A stretch of DNA of 64,000 bases, from the NCBI GenBank assembly GCA_938038225.1, contig CALHRX010000005.1, positions 5,509 to 69,508 of the forward strand. Direction: 5' to 3'. Below the pieces are notes generated by a model, which saw only the letters and a list, made by a program, of their open reading frames with translations, did not search any database and was not told where the DNA came from. Below, piece after piece: positions 38,053 to 46,911 of this stretch (positions within the stretch are counted from its first letter, which is position 1; every line of letters starts with the position of its first letter). Position numbers and translations under genes: made by a program. The DNA comes from an uncultured Dialister sp. GTDB lineage: Bacteria > Bacillota > Negativicutes > Veillonellales > Dialisteraceae.

Positions 38053-38691
38053 ATGCTTCGAATCATTTTGCTCCGCCACGGAGAAACGCTGTGGAACATC
38101 GAAGGTCGTTTCCAGGGGCAGGAAGACACTGCACTTTCCGAAAGAGGACTGGCGCAGGGACATGCACTGGCTCTGGCCCTGAAAGACATCTCCATTGATG
38201 CTGCGGTCTCCTCCCCTCTGCAGCGGTCCTATCTGACCTGCAAAATGGCCGCAGATGAGCACGGAATCCCCGTTAGAAAGGACCCCCGCCTCACGGAAAT
38301 CTCCCACGGAAAATGGGAAGGAATCCGGGCCGATGAAATCCTTCAGCTGTATCCCCGGGAATTTGCATTATGGCACACCCATCCGGAGCAGGTACAGATG
38401 CCGGACGGAGAATCCCTGGAGGATGTCCGCCGAAGAGCCCGCGCTGCCTTTGATGAGTATACAGAAACATACGACGGGAAAACCCTTCTCGTCGCTGCCC
38501 ATGACGCCGTCAATAAGGTCATCCTCTGCGATCTTATGGGACTCGGAATGGATCATTTCTGGCAGATCAAGCAGGACAACTGCTGCATCAATGTCGTGGA
38601 ATACGACAGCGGCACATGGCGGCTCGTCAATCTGAACGTCACCGGCCATCTGGGCTATCTGATAAGCGGCATCGAGCAGAAAGGCCTGTAA
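38053..38691 (+). CDS. Histidine phosphatase family protein (phosphoglycerate-mutase-like); candidate phosphoserine phosphatase completing the serine pathway
   Basis: RHGET.WN motif (LLRHGETLWNIEGRFQG) of the histidine phosphatase superfamily. Translationally coupled 13 nt after the serA stop. Confidence 0.8.
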   Translation: MLRIILLRHGETLWNIEGRFQGQEDTALSERGLAQGHALALALKDISIDAAVSSPLQRSYLTCKMAADEHGIPVRKDPRLTEISHGKWEGIRADEILQLYPREFALWHTHPEQVQMPDGESLEDVRRRARAAFDEYTETYDGKTLLVAAHDAVNKVILCDLMGLGMDHFWQIKQDNCCINVVEYDSGTWRLVNLNVTGHLGYLISGIEQKGL

Positions 38692-38722
38692 AAAGCTTCC
38701 CGTTTTTTCGGATTTCCCACAA

Positions 38723-38782
38723 AAAAAGCATGCACCGTGCGGAAAAACAAAGTACAGTTTTTCCCATGTGCATGCTTTTTGA
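38723..38782 (+). terminator. Intrinsic terminator after the serC-serA-phosphatase operon
   Basis: AAAAAGCATGCAC...GTGCATGCTTTTT extended hairpin. Confidence 0.55.
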
Positions 38783-38869
38783 TTGCTGCCGATCCAATGA
38801 TCCGGCCTGCTTCCCCTGAAATTCCGCTCTTTCATGCGGCGGATATTTTTCCCTGCCGAAGGGGCCTTT

Positions 38870-39496
38870 TCAATAATTCATTCCCGTTTTCGGTGTGCTG
38901 TCCGGCTGATTATTTCCGGAAAGATTATCCGGGATATCCGTAGGTACTCTCTTATAGGGGAAACTCTTTTGGATCTGTTTCATGATATCATCCATGATGT
39001 ATTCATTTCTCACAAATCCTTCATCCTCAATTTCGAAGTAGGTGCCCCGGTCCCGGCGGGCTTCGCTTTCTCCGTTCTTTATCGTGTAAATATCCACGAT
39101 GGCCCGGGTGCTGATAATATTGTCGCCGAAATCAAACAGAGACCGGCGGACGATATACTGCTGCCACAGTGCCACCTGCGGAAGGACGACGATATCCGCA
39201 CCGCTCTGCTTTTGAATTTCCGGAAGCAGAGCCGGAGAAATCGGTTTTCCCGCATAGGACGTATCGTCAATCAGACGGTAATAGGGATAGCGAAAAATTT
39301 CCTTCATGGACTTATTGACATAAGCCGCCGCAAAATCTCCCTGTCCGCGATATGATGCGGGAATCAGGAGCACCGTTCTTGTGTTCTCAAAATAGCCGAG
39401 CCGACGATTGGTTTCCGCCGCACTTTCCGCCGATGCAGTAACTCCCGCCAAAAGCAGCAGAAGAAGCACCGTCATAAAAGCCATGATTCTTTTCAT
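38870..39496 (-). CDS. Secreted hypothetical protein (signal peptide)
   Basis: 208 aa. N-terminus MKRIMAFMTVLLLLLLAGVTASA is a typical Sec signal. No recognisable domain. Confidence 0.55.
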   Translation of the reverse strand: MKRIMAFMTVLLLLLLAGVTASAESAAETNRRLGYFENTRTVLLIPASYRGQGDFAAAYVNKSMKEIFRYPYYRLIDDTSYAGKPISPALLPEIQKQSGADIVVLPQVALWQQYIVRRSLFDFGDNIISTRAIVDIYTIKNGESEARRDRGTYFEIEDEGFVRNEYIMDDIMKQIQKSFPYKRVPTDIPDNLSGNNQPDSTPKTGMNY

Positions 39497-39535
39497 CCGT
39501 AAAACCTCCTTTTCCTATCCTGTTTTCTCTCCTGT

Positions 39536-39575
39536 AAAAAAGAGCTGCCGGAAAGCAGCTCCTTTTGTTACTTAT
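39536..39575 (-). terminator. Intrinsic terminator downstream of the lysR-family gene
   Basis: AAAAGGAGCTGCTTTCCGGCAGCTCTTTTTT on the minus strand. Confidence 0.6.
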
Positions 39576-40431
39576 GGAAATAGCTTCGGATGTAATCCAC
39601 AAAGATTTTGACCGGTGTAGACTGCATCATTGCTTCCTTGTAAATCAGATGGCTGGGCCGCAGGATCGGATGCCGCTGTTTATCATAAATCATCTGCCGG
39701 TCCACCTCAGGCGCACACCGCGGAAGAAGATCTGCCGGAATCAGAGAATGTCCCAGCCCCTGATTGACAATTTCCACGCAGGTCAGGCAGTCGGACACTG
39801 TCAGCATAAAATGAGGGGATTCTTCAAAATTCTGCCGCCACCAGCGGGTGCGGAGCTCATCCAGGGAAGGATCGCTCCGATACCGAATGGACGGCCGCTC
39901 CGGCAGTGTATCAAAATCAATCTTATCTGCCGAAATCAGGTACAGCGGCGCATCCTCCAGCAGGATATCCGCATCAGGCCATTCCTGATTGCCGCGGACA
40001 ATCGCCAGATGAATGTCCTCCTTCTTGACCAGCTTCACCAGACGGTCGCTTGTATCGGTGGTCAGGGAAATCTCAATATCGCTGTATTTATCGACGAATC
40101 CTTTTAAAATTCCCGGCATATGGGACTGTGCAAAGGATTGGCTGGCGCCGATACGAAGTACTCCGGAAATGGAATTCGGTTCATGAGTGACATAGTTCTT
40201 CATATCCTGATATTGCTGCAGTTCCTTTTCTGCAAAGGAAAAAAGACGGTTCCCTGCATCGGTAAAATGAACGCCCTTATTGGTCCGAATAAATAAGGGA
40301 CATCCGATTTCCTTTTCCATCTGACTCAGACGATAGGTAAGGGACGGCTGGGTCATAAAAAGGCGTTTTGCCACCTTATTGATACTTCTTTCTTCCCGAA
40401 GATAGATGAGAATTTTCCAGTCCGTATTGTT
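39568..40431 (-). CDS. LysR-family transcriptional regulator
   Basis: N-terminal HTH (…INKVAKRLFMTQPSLTYRLSQMEKEIGCPLF…) and a C-terminal substrate-binding domain. Divergent from the large helicase-nuclease gene. Confidence 0.85.
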   Translation of the reverse strand, partial: NNTDWKILIYLREERSINKVAKRLFMTQPSLTYRLSQMEKEIGCPLFIRTNKGVHFTDAGNRLFSFAEKELQQYQDMKNYVTHEPNSISGVLRIGASQSFAQSHMPGILKGFVDKYSDIEISLTTDTSDRLVKLVKKEDIHLAIVRGNQEWPDADILLEDAPLYLISADKIDFDTLPERPSIRYRSDPSLDELRTRWWRQNFEESPHFMLTVSDCLTCVEIVNQGLGHSLIPADLLPRCAPEVDRQMIYDKQRHPILRPSHLIYKEAMMQSTPVKIFVDYIRSYFHK

Positions 40432-40714
40432 CATAACGATGCCCCTTGCTTCAAACCCCATTAAAAACAGCAGGTTATAAAATAATCCAGTATAAAATTA
40501 TTTTATTACATTATATCATACAATTCCCCGCCTCTGCATGATGAAGATAAAGATTTTTTTCGATATTAAAAATAAAAATGGAGAGAAACTGCTAAAAAAG
40601 AAACAGCCTTCCGCCTTTCAGGAAATCCGCCGCCTGCACCGTAAAGGACCTTTTTTCTCCTTCTGACGGCTGCTATACTATTTTCATACCATTGCAGGAG
40701 CAGCAGGAGGACTT

Positions 40715-43700
40715 ATGAAAAAAACAGATAAAAAAGCCGTCAAAAAATCCATCAAACCTACGGAAATTTCTACCCTCCGGGACGGATTATATGAAAAGAT
40801 CATGTCACAGGAATTTCAGGACAAACTGCAGGCCTCACTGGACGCACAGGAAATCTGGACCGAGCAGGAGGATCTGGACCCGCAGGAGGCCGTCCCCGGT
40901 CTGGCTGCCTATTTTTCGCTTCTGCTCCGAAACCGTCTGAAAGAACTGGCTGACAGTGATGATACGGATAATGCGGAAGAAGAAATCCGTTTTGTCAATG
41001 ACTGCATCCGCCACCTTTTCCGTTCCGATCAGGAGCTGGGACAGGCTCTGACCGTTTCTCTCAGGAAATCTCTTCTGCTGTCTCTCCAGCACACAAAGAA
41101 TCAGATTTCCCGTGAAGCGGCCCGGAAATCCCGCCCCCGTCCCGATACGTCCCTTTGCCGGAGCTTCCTTTTCACCAACAGCCGGAAGGACGTGAATATC
41201 GCCTCGGAGCTGCGCAGGGAAATTCTTTCCTCGGACCGCATTGACCTGTTGGTCTCTTTCATCAAGTATTCCGGCCTGCGGATGATTTTCCCCGACCTGC
41301 AGCAATTTACCGGCCGGGGCGGCAAGCTGCGCATTATCACCACCACGTACATGGGCGCCACAGACCCCAAAGCCGTGATGCAGCTGTACAAGCTTCCCAA
41401 TACGGAAATCCGCATTTCCTACAATACAAAAGAAACACGTCTTCACGCAAAAGCTTATATGTTTTACCGCAGCAGCGGCTATTCCACAGCCTATATCGGC
41501 TCTTCCAATCTATCCCATGCAGCCATTGCAGACGGGCTGGAATGGAATATGAAAATCACTGCACAGGATCAGCCCCATATTCTGGAGAAGATGCGCGCCA
41601 CCTTTGAAACCTATTGGAATTCCGCGGACTTTTCGCCTTTTACCGACGATCAGAAAAAGCAGCTGAGAGACAGCATCGATGCTATCCGTCATCCCGATAC
41701 CGACAGGCCTTCCGATTATTTCTTTGATATCCACCCCTACCCTTACCAGCAGACTGTCCTGGATACACTGCAGGCAGAACGGGAACTGAAGCATTGCTTC
41801 CGCAATCTGATTGTTGCTGCCACCGGCACGGGGAAAACCGCCATTGCCGCTTTTGACTACCGCCGTTTTGCCGAAAACCGCAGGCCGAAGGCCACACACC
41901 TTCTGTTTCTGGCACACCGCCGGGAAATTCTGGACCAAAGCCTCTCCTGCTTCCGCCAGGTCCTGAAGAACCCCCGTTTCGGTGAACTCTCCGACGGGAA
42001 AGAGCATGCTTCCCATCCGGAATATCTGTTCATGACGGTCCAGACCTTTTCCCGGCAAAAATTCTGGGAACATATGGCTCCGGACTACTACGACATGATC
42101 ATTGTCGACGAAACCCACCATGCTGCCTCCGATTCCTACCAGAAAATCTTCACGGCCTTCCATCCGAAAATTCTTCTCGGTCTGACTGCTACACCGGAGC
42201 GTATGGACGGAAAAAGCATTCTCTCTTATTTTGATCATCATATCAGTGCGGAAATCCCGCTCACCGATGCCATCGAACGCCGTCTCCTCTGTCCCTTCCA
42301 CTACTTCGGTACGGAAGATCCGGTCGATCTTTCCTCCGTATCCTGGAAAGGCGGAAATTATGATACAAAAGAGCTGGAAATCAAGTACGCTTACAATCAA
42401 ATTTCCGCAGGCCGCCGTGCTGCTGCGGTTCTCGATGCGCTCACCCATTATACTGCCGATCTGCGGGACGTAAAATGCATCGGCTTCTGCGTATCAAAAA
42501 AGCATGCCGAGTATATGGCAGGCTATATGAATGAGCACGGCATTCCCTCCATGAACCTGGATGCCGATACCCCGTCTGATATCCGGCGAAAAGCAAAAGA
42601 GCAGCTGGAATGCGGCGAAAAACAGATTCTCTTCACAGTCGACCTGTTCAATGAGGGTGTTGATATTCCCAGTGTCAATACGGTCCTTTTCCTCCGCCCC
42701 ACCAACAGCCTCACCGTTTTCCTGCAGCAGCTGGGCCGCGGACTCCGCCTTTCCCCCGGGAAAGACTGTCTCACCGTGCTCGATTTTGTGGCACAGTCCA
42801 ACAAAAATTATAATTTTGCCCGCCGCTTTTCCGGCCTGCTCGGCAACAGAAACCTTCGTCTGCAGGAGGAAATCAAAGCCGGATTTCCCCATGCACCGAA
42901 GGGCTGCTGCATTCAGCTGGAACCGATTGCACAGAAATATGTTCTGCAAAATATCAGAAGTCATATGAGCAGGGATGAATTTTACCGGGAACAGATCCGC
43001 GCACTGTATGGAGCCACACAAACAATCCCCGCACTGTCCTGTTTTCTGAACGCCCTCGATATTCCTGCAGAATCCTTCTTCAATAAAAACCGCCTGTATA
43101 CCCGCCTCTGTGCAGATGCAGGAATCCGGGAAAAATTTCCCGTCACAAAAGAAGAGTCTGTTCTTTCCGCCGCATGCCCCCGCATCCTGTCCATCGATTC
43201 GCCCCGGTGGATCCGGTTCCTCCAAAAAGAACTGGAGCATCCCTATATGCCCGTCGCCGAGACAGAAAAGCAGTACCTGCGTATGTGGCAGTATACGATG
43301 TACGGCCGGGATTTCAATCAGTGCGGACTGGAATCGCCTCTGGACGTGATTTCCCTCTTTTCCACTCAACCGGCACTGAAGGAAGAGCTCCTGGGCATTC
43401 TTTCCTATCTGTACGACCGCATCACCATCCTCCCGAAGCCTCTTTCCGTTCCCTACCCCTGCGCTCTGGAAGTCCACTGCCGATATACCAGAGATCAGAT
43501 TTTTGCTGCACTGGGCTATAACAATCCTCCCCAGATCCGGGAAGGCGTCAAGTATCTGCCGGAAAAGAAAACCGATGTTTTCCTTGTGACTCTGAATAAA
43601 TCAGCCAGGGAATTTTCGGATACCACCCTTTATGAGGACTATTCCATCAATGAGACGCTGTTTCATTGGCAGTCCCAGAATTCCACGGCACCGGAATCCA

Positions 43701-43936
43701 AAACCGGACAGCGTTACATCCGGCAAAAGGATGAAGCAGAGAATGACTGCACGGTTCTCCTCTTTGTCCGGGAAAGAAAGACAGATAATTATAAACGAAC
43801 TATGAGCTATACCTTTCTCGGCACGGCACACTATGTAAACCATACCGGGAGCCGGCCTATGACGATCATTTACAAGCTGGATCATCCGATTCCCGCACAA
43901 TATCTTCCTGCCACCGACAGCAGCGGTGTACTGTAA
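40715..43936 (+). CDS. PLD-family (single HKD motif) nuclease + SF2 DExH helicase (ResIII/Helicase_C-like) + C-terminal DUF3427-like domain; candidate single-protein anti-phage defence
   Basis: 1073 aa. HKD motif LHAKAYMF...IGSSNLS at about aa 244-270. Helicase motif I ATGTGKT, II IVDETHHA, III LTATPER, VI QQLGRGLR. About 350-aa C-terminal region. An AT-rich promoter region lies upstream (40462-40714). Confidence 0.8.
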   Translation: MKKTDKKAVKKSIKPTEISTLRDGLYEKIMSQEFQDKLQASLDAQEIWTEQEDLDPQEAVPGLAAYFSLLLRNRLKELADSDDTDNAEEEIRFVNDCIRHLFRSDQELGQALTVSLRKSLLLSLQHTKNQISREAARKSRPRPDTSLCRSFLFTNSRKDVNIASELRREILSSDRIDLLVSFIKYSGLRMIFPDLQQFTGRGGKLRIITTTYMGATDPKAVMQLYKLPNTEIRISYNTKETRLHAKAYMFYRSSGYSTAYIGSSNLSHAAIADGLEWNMKITAQDQPHILEKMRATFETYWNSADFSPFTDDQKKQLRDSIDAIRHPDTDRPSDYFFDIHPYPYQQTVLDTLQAERELKHCFRNLIVAATGTGKTAIAAFDYRRFAENRRPKATHLLFLAHRREILDQSLSCFRQVLKNPRFGELSDGKEHASHPEYLFMTVQTFSRQKFWEHMAPDYYDMIIVDETHHAASDSYQKIFTAFHPKILLGLTATPERMDGKSILSYFDHHISAEIPLTDAIERRLLCPFHYFGTEDPVDLSSVSWKGGNYDTKELEIKYAYNQISAGRRAAAVLDALTHYTADLRDVKCIGFCVSKKHAEYMAGYMNEHGIPSMNLDADTPSDIRRKAKEQLECGEKQILFTVDLFNEGVDIPSVNTVLFLRPTNSLTVFLQQLGRGLRLSPGKDCLTVLDFVAQSNKNYNFARRFSGLLGNRNLRLQEEIKAGFPHAPKGCCIQLEPIAQKYVLQNIRSHMSRDEFYREQIRALYGATQTIPALSCFLNALDIPAESFFNKNRLYTRLCADAGIREKFPVTKEESVLSAACPRILSIDSPRWIRFLQKELEHPYMPVAETEKQYLRMWQYTMYGRDFNQCGLESPLDVISLFSTQPALKEELLGILSYLYDRITILPKPLSVPYPCALEVHCRYTRDQIFAALGYNNPPQIREGVKYLPEKKTDVFLVTLNKSAREFSDTTLYEDYSINETLFHWQSQNSTAPESKTGQRYIRQKDEAENDCTVLLFVRERKTDNYKRTMSYTFLGTAHYVNHTGSRPMTIIYKLDHPIPAQYLPATDSSGVL

Positions 43937-43939
43937 AAA

Positions 43940-44003
43940 ACAGCCTCTTTGAGAAGAAATACGGCTTGATGCCGTTCTCTTCCAAAGAGGCCTTTTCTAT
44001 TTC
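43940..44003. terminator. Terminator-like inverted repeat between the convergent helicase-nuclease and sfsA-like genes
   Basis: GCCTCTTTGAGAAGA...TCTCTTCCAAAGAGGC followed by TTTT. Confidence 0.5.
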
Positions 44004-44006
44004 TGT

Positions 44007-45152
44007 TCATTTTTGGATTCGTTCATCGAGACGATTGATTTCAAAATCCTCTTCAATCTGCACAAAGGCGGGCATGTGCATGGGATCTTCGCGGAATCCG
44101 AAAAGATGGGAAGGGCACCGGCAGTCCGTACAGCCGAAGCCCGGGATCTGCCAGTCAGCGATACGGGAAACCGCTTCCGCCAGCCGATGCTCCATGTCCT
44201 CCGCCGTGCGGACAGGAATGCATCCCACCCAGTCCGCTTCCTGCCGGAGCCAGTCAATATGCCAGTGCATGCCTTTCCGAAGCCGGCGGTGGCGGGCCAT
44301 TCTCTGATCCAGGTTCTTTGCCGCCGAACCGGTATAGACATAATAGCCCTTCGGGAAACGAATCTTACCCATTTTTCCGATTTCCACATTCTTAGTTTCA
44401 TTCATTCGGAGAATCAGCAGGTAATCTCCTCTGTTCCCTGCTTCCTTGTCCAGAATATACAGAGGTGCAGGAAGAAGACGCACGCTTTCCGGCACTGTCA
44501 GATCCGGCGTCCATCGGAGAGCCGCCGCCTTCCAGTCTATATAGGGAGCGGAAAGACGGAATGCTTCCGCAAATTCCGGGTCGGTATGATAATCCGGAAG
44601 GAACCACTGCGCCCGGTCCCACTGAACCAGAATCAGCAGCCCTGCCTTTCCGCCGCTTTTCCCGATTTCTCCCAGATGAAGCACATGCTTTCTTCCCCGG
44701 GCTGTTACCGCATCGGGGAACATGGCACCCTTTCTGCCGAAAAGTGTGCATGATTTTACCTCTACGGGAAATTGCATTTTCTCATTTCCGATCACCAGAT
44801 CAAACCGGCTGTCTCCCATCGTCACTTCCCGCCGCAGTACCCGGTAATCCTCCCAGCCGGGTATCCTTTTATGGTTGATCAGCCATTCCGCCGTATCGTT
44901 GGCCCGGGAAGTATCGAGCGGAATTACTTCTCCCTCTCTTTCCGCTCCGATGACGCGGTACTTTGTCCGGCTTCCTTCCTTTGCATGAGGCACCGCATAA
45001 AGAACGACACCGGGAAACAGCAGTTCCCTCATCCGCCCCGGATTGGGCATATGGGCTCTGACCGGCTCGCCATCGATTTCCATATCAATCACAAACCGAT
45101 TCGGCCGGCGCAGGAAGCGCCCTTTTTTTATGACCGGATATTCTTTTTCCAT
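44007..45152 (-). CDS. sfsA: SfsA-family (sugar fermentation stimulation protein A-like, nuclease fold) fused to a C-terminal DUF123/GIY-YIG-like domain
   Basis: The N-terminal 230 aa align with E. coli SfsA (…RFL.RPNRF...H.PN.GRM.EL..PG..V...). C-terminal ~140 aa carry YYVYTGSA...R..RH (DUF123/GIY-YIG-like). The start is set at MEKEYPVIKKG. Confidence 0.7.
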   Translation of the reverse strand: MEKEYPVIKKGRFLRRPNRFVIDMEIDGEPVRAHMPNPGRMRELLFPGVVLYAVPHAKEGSRTKYRVIGAEREGEVIPLDTSRANDTAEWLINHKRIPGWEDYRVLRREVTMGDSRFDLVIGNEKMQFPVEVKSCTLFGRKGAMFPDAVTARGRKHVLHLGEIGKSGGKAGLLILVQWDRAQWFLPDYHTDPEFAEAFRLSAPYIDWKAAALRWTPDLTVPESVRLLPAPLYILDKEAGNRGDYLLILRMNETKNVEIGKMGKIRFPKGYYVYTGSAAKNLDQRMARHRRLRKGMHWHIDWLRQEADWVGCIPVRTAEDMEHRLAEAVSRIADWQIPGFGCTDCRCPSHLFGFREDPMHMPAFVQIEEDFEINRLDERIQK

Positions 45153-45181
45153 CGGTTCCTCCTCCGAAAAATATTTCTCCG

Positions 45182-45850
45182 CTACAGGAATTCCCGGGGA
45201 AAAGCGGACAGTGCTTTCTTCCTTTCCCGGTAATCCGGCATCCATTGCAGAATCAAATCATAAAACCTTTGATTGTGGGTCGGCTCCAGCAGATGATTCA
45301 GCTCATGCACGACTACACTTTCGATAAGCGGCTTCGGCTTCGTGACCAGGTCCAGAGCAAAAACCAGCTGTCCTGTCCGGATATTGCAGCTTCCCCATCG
45401 GCTTTTCACCGCTTTCACTGTAAAACCTGCGGGCTGTACTCTCATCCGGGGCACCCAGTATACCAGCTTTTTCCGAATTTCTTCCGCCAGGACTTCCGCC
45501 GCACCGGCTGCATACAGCTTCCGCCGATTCGCCCGGGAGGTGCGCAGCCCCATCCGGATTTCTTCTTCCGTAAAAACGATACTCTGCCGTGCCGCCCGGA
45601 AAATCTTCAAAGGAATCTGCCGTCCGAAAACATAATGGAGCTCTCCGGAAATATATTCATAGTTTTTCTGCTCCGGAAGTATATCAAGCATCCGGCGAAT
45701 CCAGTCCTCCTTGCTTCGGATAAATGCTTCCGCCTCGGAATCTCCTGTCCCTGCCGGCACCGTGACAGATACAGTTCCGTCCCGCCGGATCCGGATATAC
45801 ATATTTTTGATTCTCTTTCTGACAATGAGAACCTTCCAGGGAAAATTCAT
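45182..45850 (-). CDS. DUF45/YgjP-like M48-family zinc metallopeptidase (SprT-like)
   Basis: 222 aa. HExxH motif in VVHELNHLLEPTHNQRFY. The N-terminal ...YIRIRRDGTVSVTVP... is typical of the family. Confidence 0.8.
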   Translation of the reverse strand: MNFPWKVLIVRKRIKNMYIRIRRDGTVSVTVPAGTGDSEAEAFIRSKEDWIRRMLDILPEQKNYEYISGELHYVFGRQIPLKIFRAARQSIVFTEEEIRMGLRTSRANRRKLYAAGAAEVLAEEIRKKLVYWVPRMRVQPAGFTVKAVKSRWGSCNIRTGQLVFALDLVTKPKPLIESVVVHELNHLLEPTHNQRFYDLILQWMPDYRERKKALSAFPREFL

Positions 45851-45927
45851 AATCCTCCTCCGGGATTGGCTCAGAAAAAAGACCGGAGAAGCATGCCCCG
45901 GTCTCCTTACGGGCCGATTCCGCCCGC

Positions 45928-46872
45928 TTATATTTTCGTACTCTGCTCCAGAATATGATCTTCCGTTTCAAAGAGCGCCTTGGCAAAGGCCTGGGAGTCG
46001 AAACGGTCCAGATCCTCTTCTCTTTCGCCCACGCCGATCCACTTGATCGGCACATGAAGCTCTTCGTGGATGGAAAGAACCACACCGCCCTTGGCGGTCC
46101 CGTCCAGCTTCGTCAGAACGACCCCGGTCAGAGGCACAATTTCTCCGAAATTCTTTGCCTGGCTGACTGCATTCTGCCCGGTCGTTGCATCCAGTACGAG
46201 CAGTGTCTGGTGAGGTGCATCAGGAATGACCTTCTTTACCACCCGGCTGATTTTGGCCAGTTCTTCCATCAGATTCACCTTTGTCTGGAGGCGTCCTGCC
46301 GTATCAATCAGAACCACATCCGCCCCTCTGGCCTTGGCTGCTGTCACCGCATCAAAAGCAACCGCTGCCGGATCGGCTCCCTCGGCATGCTTAACGATAT
46401 CCGCACCGGTCCGTTCCGCCCAGATGGTCAGCTGCTCGGAAGCAGCCGCACGGAATGTATCGGAAGCCGCCAGAAGGACTTTTTTCCCTTCTTTGCGGAA
46501 CTTTCCCGACAGCTTGCCGATCGTGGTCGTTTTGCCTACTCCGTTGACGCCGACTACCAGGATAACCTCAGGATGATGGGTATTTTCCTGGTCCTGTGTG
46601 TGATCCGCCAGAAGCTCCTTCACTGTCTTTTCCATGAAAGGCATAACTTCCTTCGTATTGTGGATGGTGCCTTCCGTGATGCCCCGGCGGATCTGGCGCA
46701 TCAGGTAATCCGTAGTGCGCACCCCCAGATCTCCGGAAATCAGAACCATTTCCAGATCTTCCAGAAATTCCTCATCAATCTGTGCATAGCCGATGACTAC
46801 GCTTTCGATATTTTTAATCAAGCTTTGCTTTGTGCGGGTCAGTCCCTTTTTCAGCCTGTCAAAAAATCCCAT
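45928..46872 (-). CDS. ftsY: Signal recognition particle receptor FtsY
   Basis: SRP GTPase motifs VILVVGVNGVGKTTTIGKL and DTAGR, plus the N domain. Confidence 0.95.
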   Translation of the reverse strand: MGFFDRLKKGLTRTKQSLIKNIESVVIGYAQIDEEFLEDLEMVLISGDLGVRTTDYLMRQIRRGITEGTIHNTKEVMPFMEKTVKELLADHTQDQENTHHPEVILVVGVNGVGKTTTIGKLSGKFRKEGKKVLLAASDTFRAAASEQLTIWAERTGADIVKHAEGADPAAVAFDAVTAAKARGADVVLIDTAGRLQTKVNLMEELAKISRVVKKVIPDAPHQTLLVLDATTGQNAVSQAKNFGEIVPLTGVVLTKLDGTAKGGVVLSIHEELHVPIKWIGVGEREEDLDRFDSQAFAKALFETEDHILEQSTKI

Positions 46873-46911
46873 TTCGTTCCTCCCTTTCAGATACTTTCCT
46901 TTATTATACTA

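Noticed and set aside
36499-38307. 602-aa ORF on the - strand
   Set aside because: Antisense to serA and the histidine phosphatase gene.
41510-43477. Two ORFs of 312 and 327 aa on the - strand
   Set aside because: Both lie antisense within the 1073-aa helicase-nuclease gene, which carries complete ordered helicase motifs. These are shadows.
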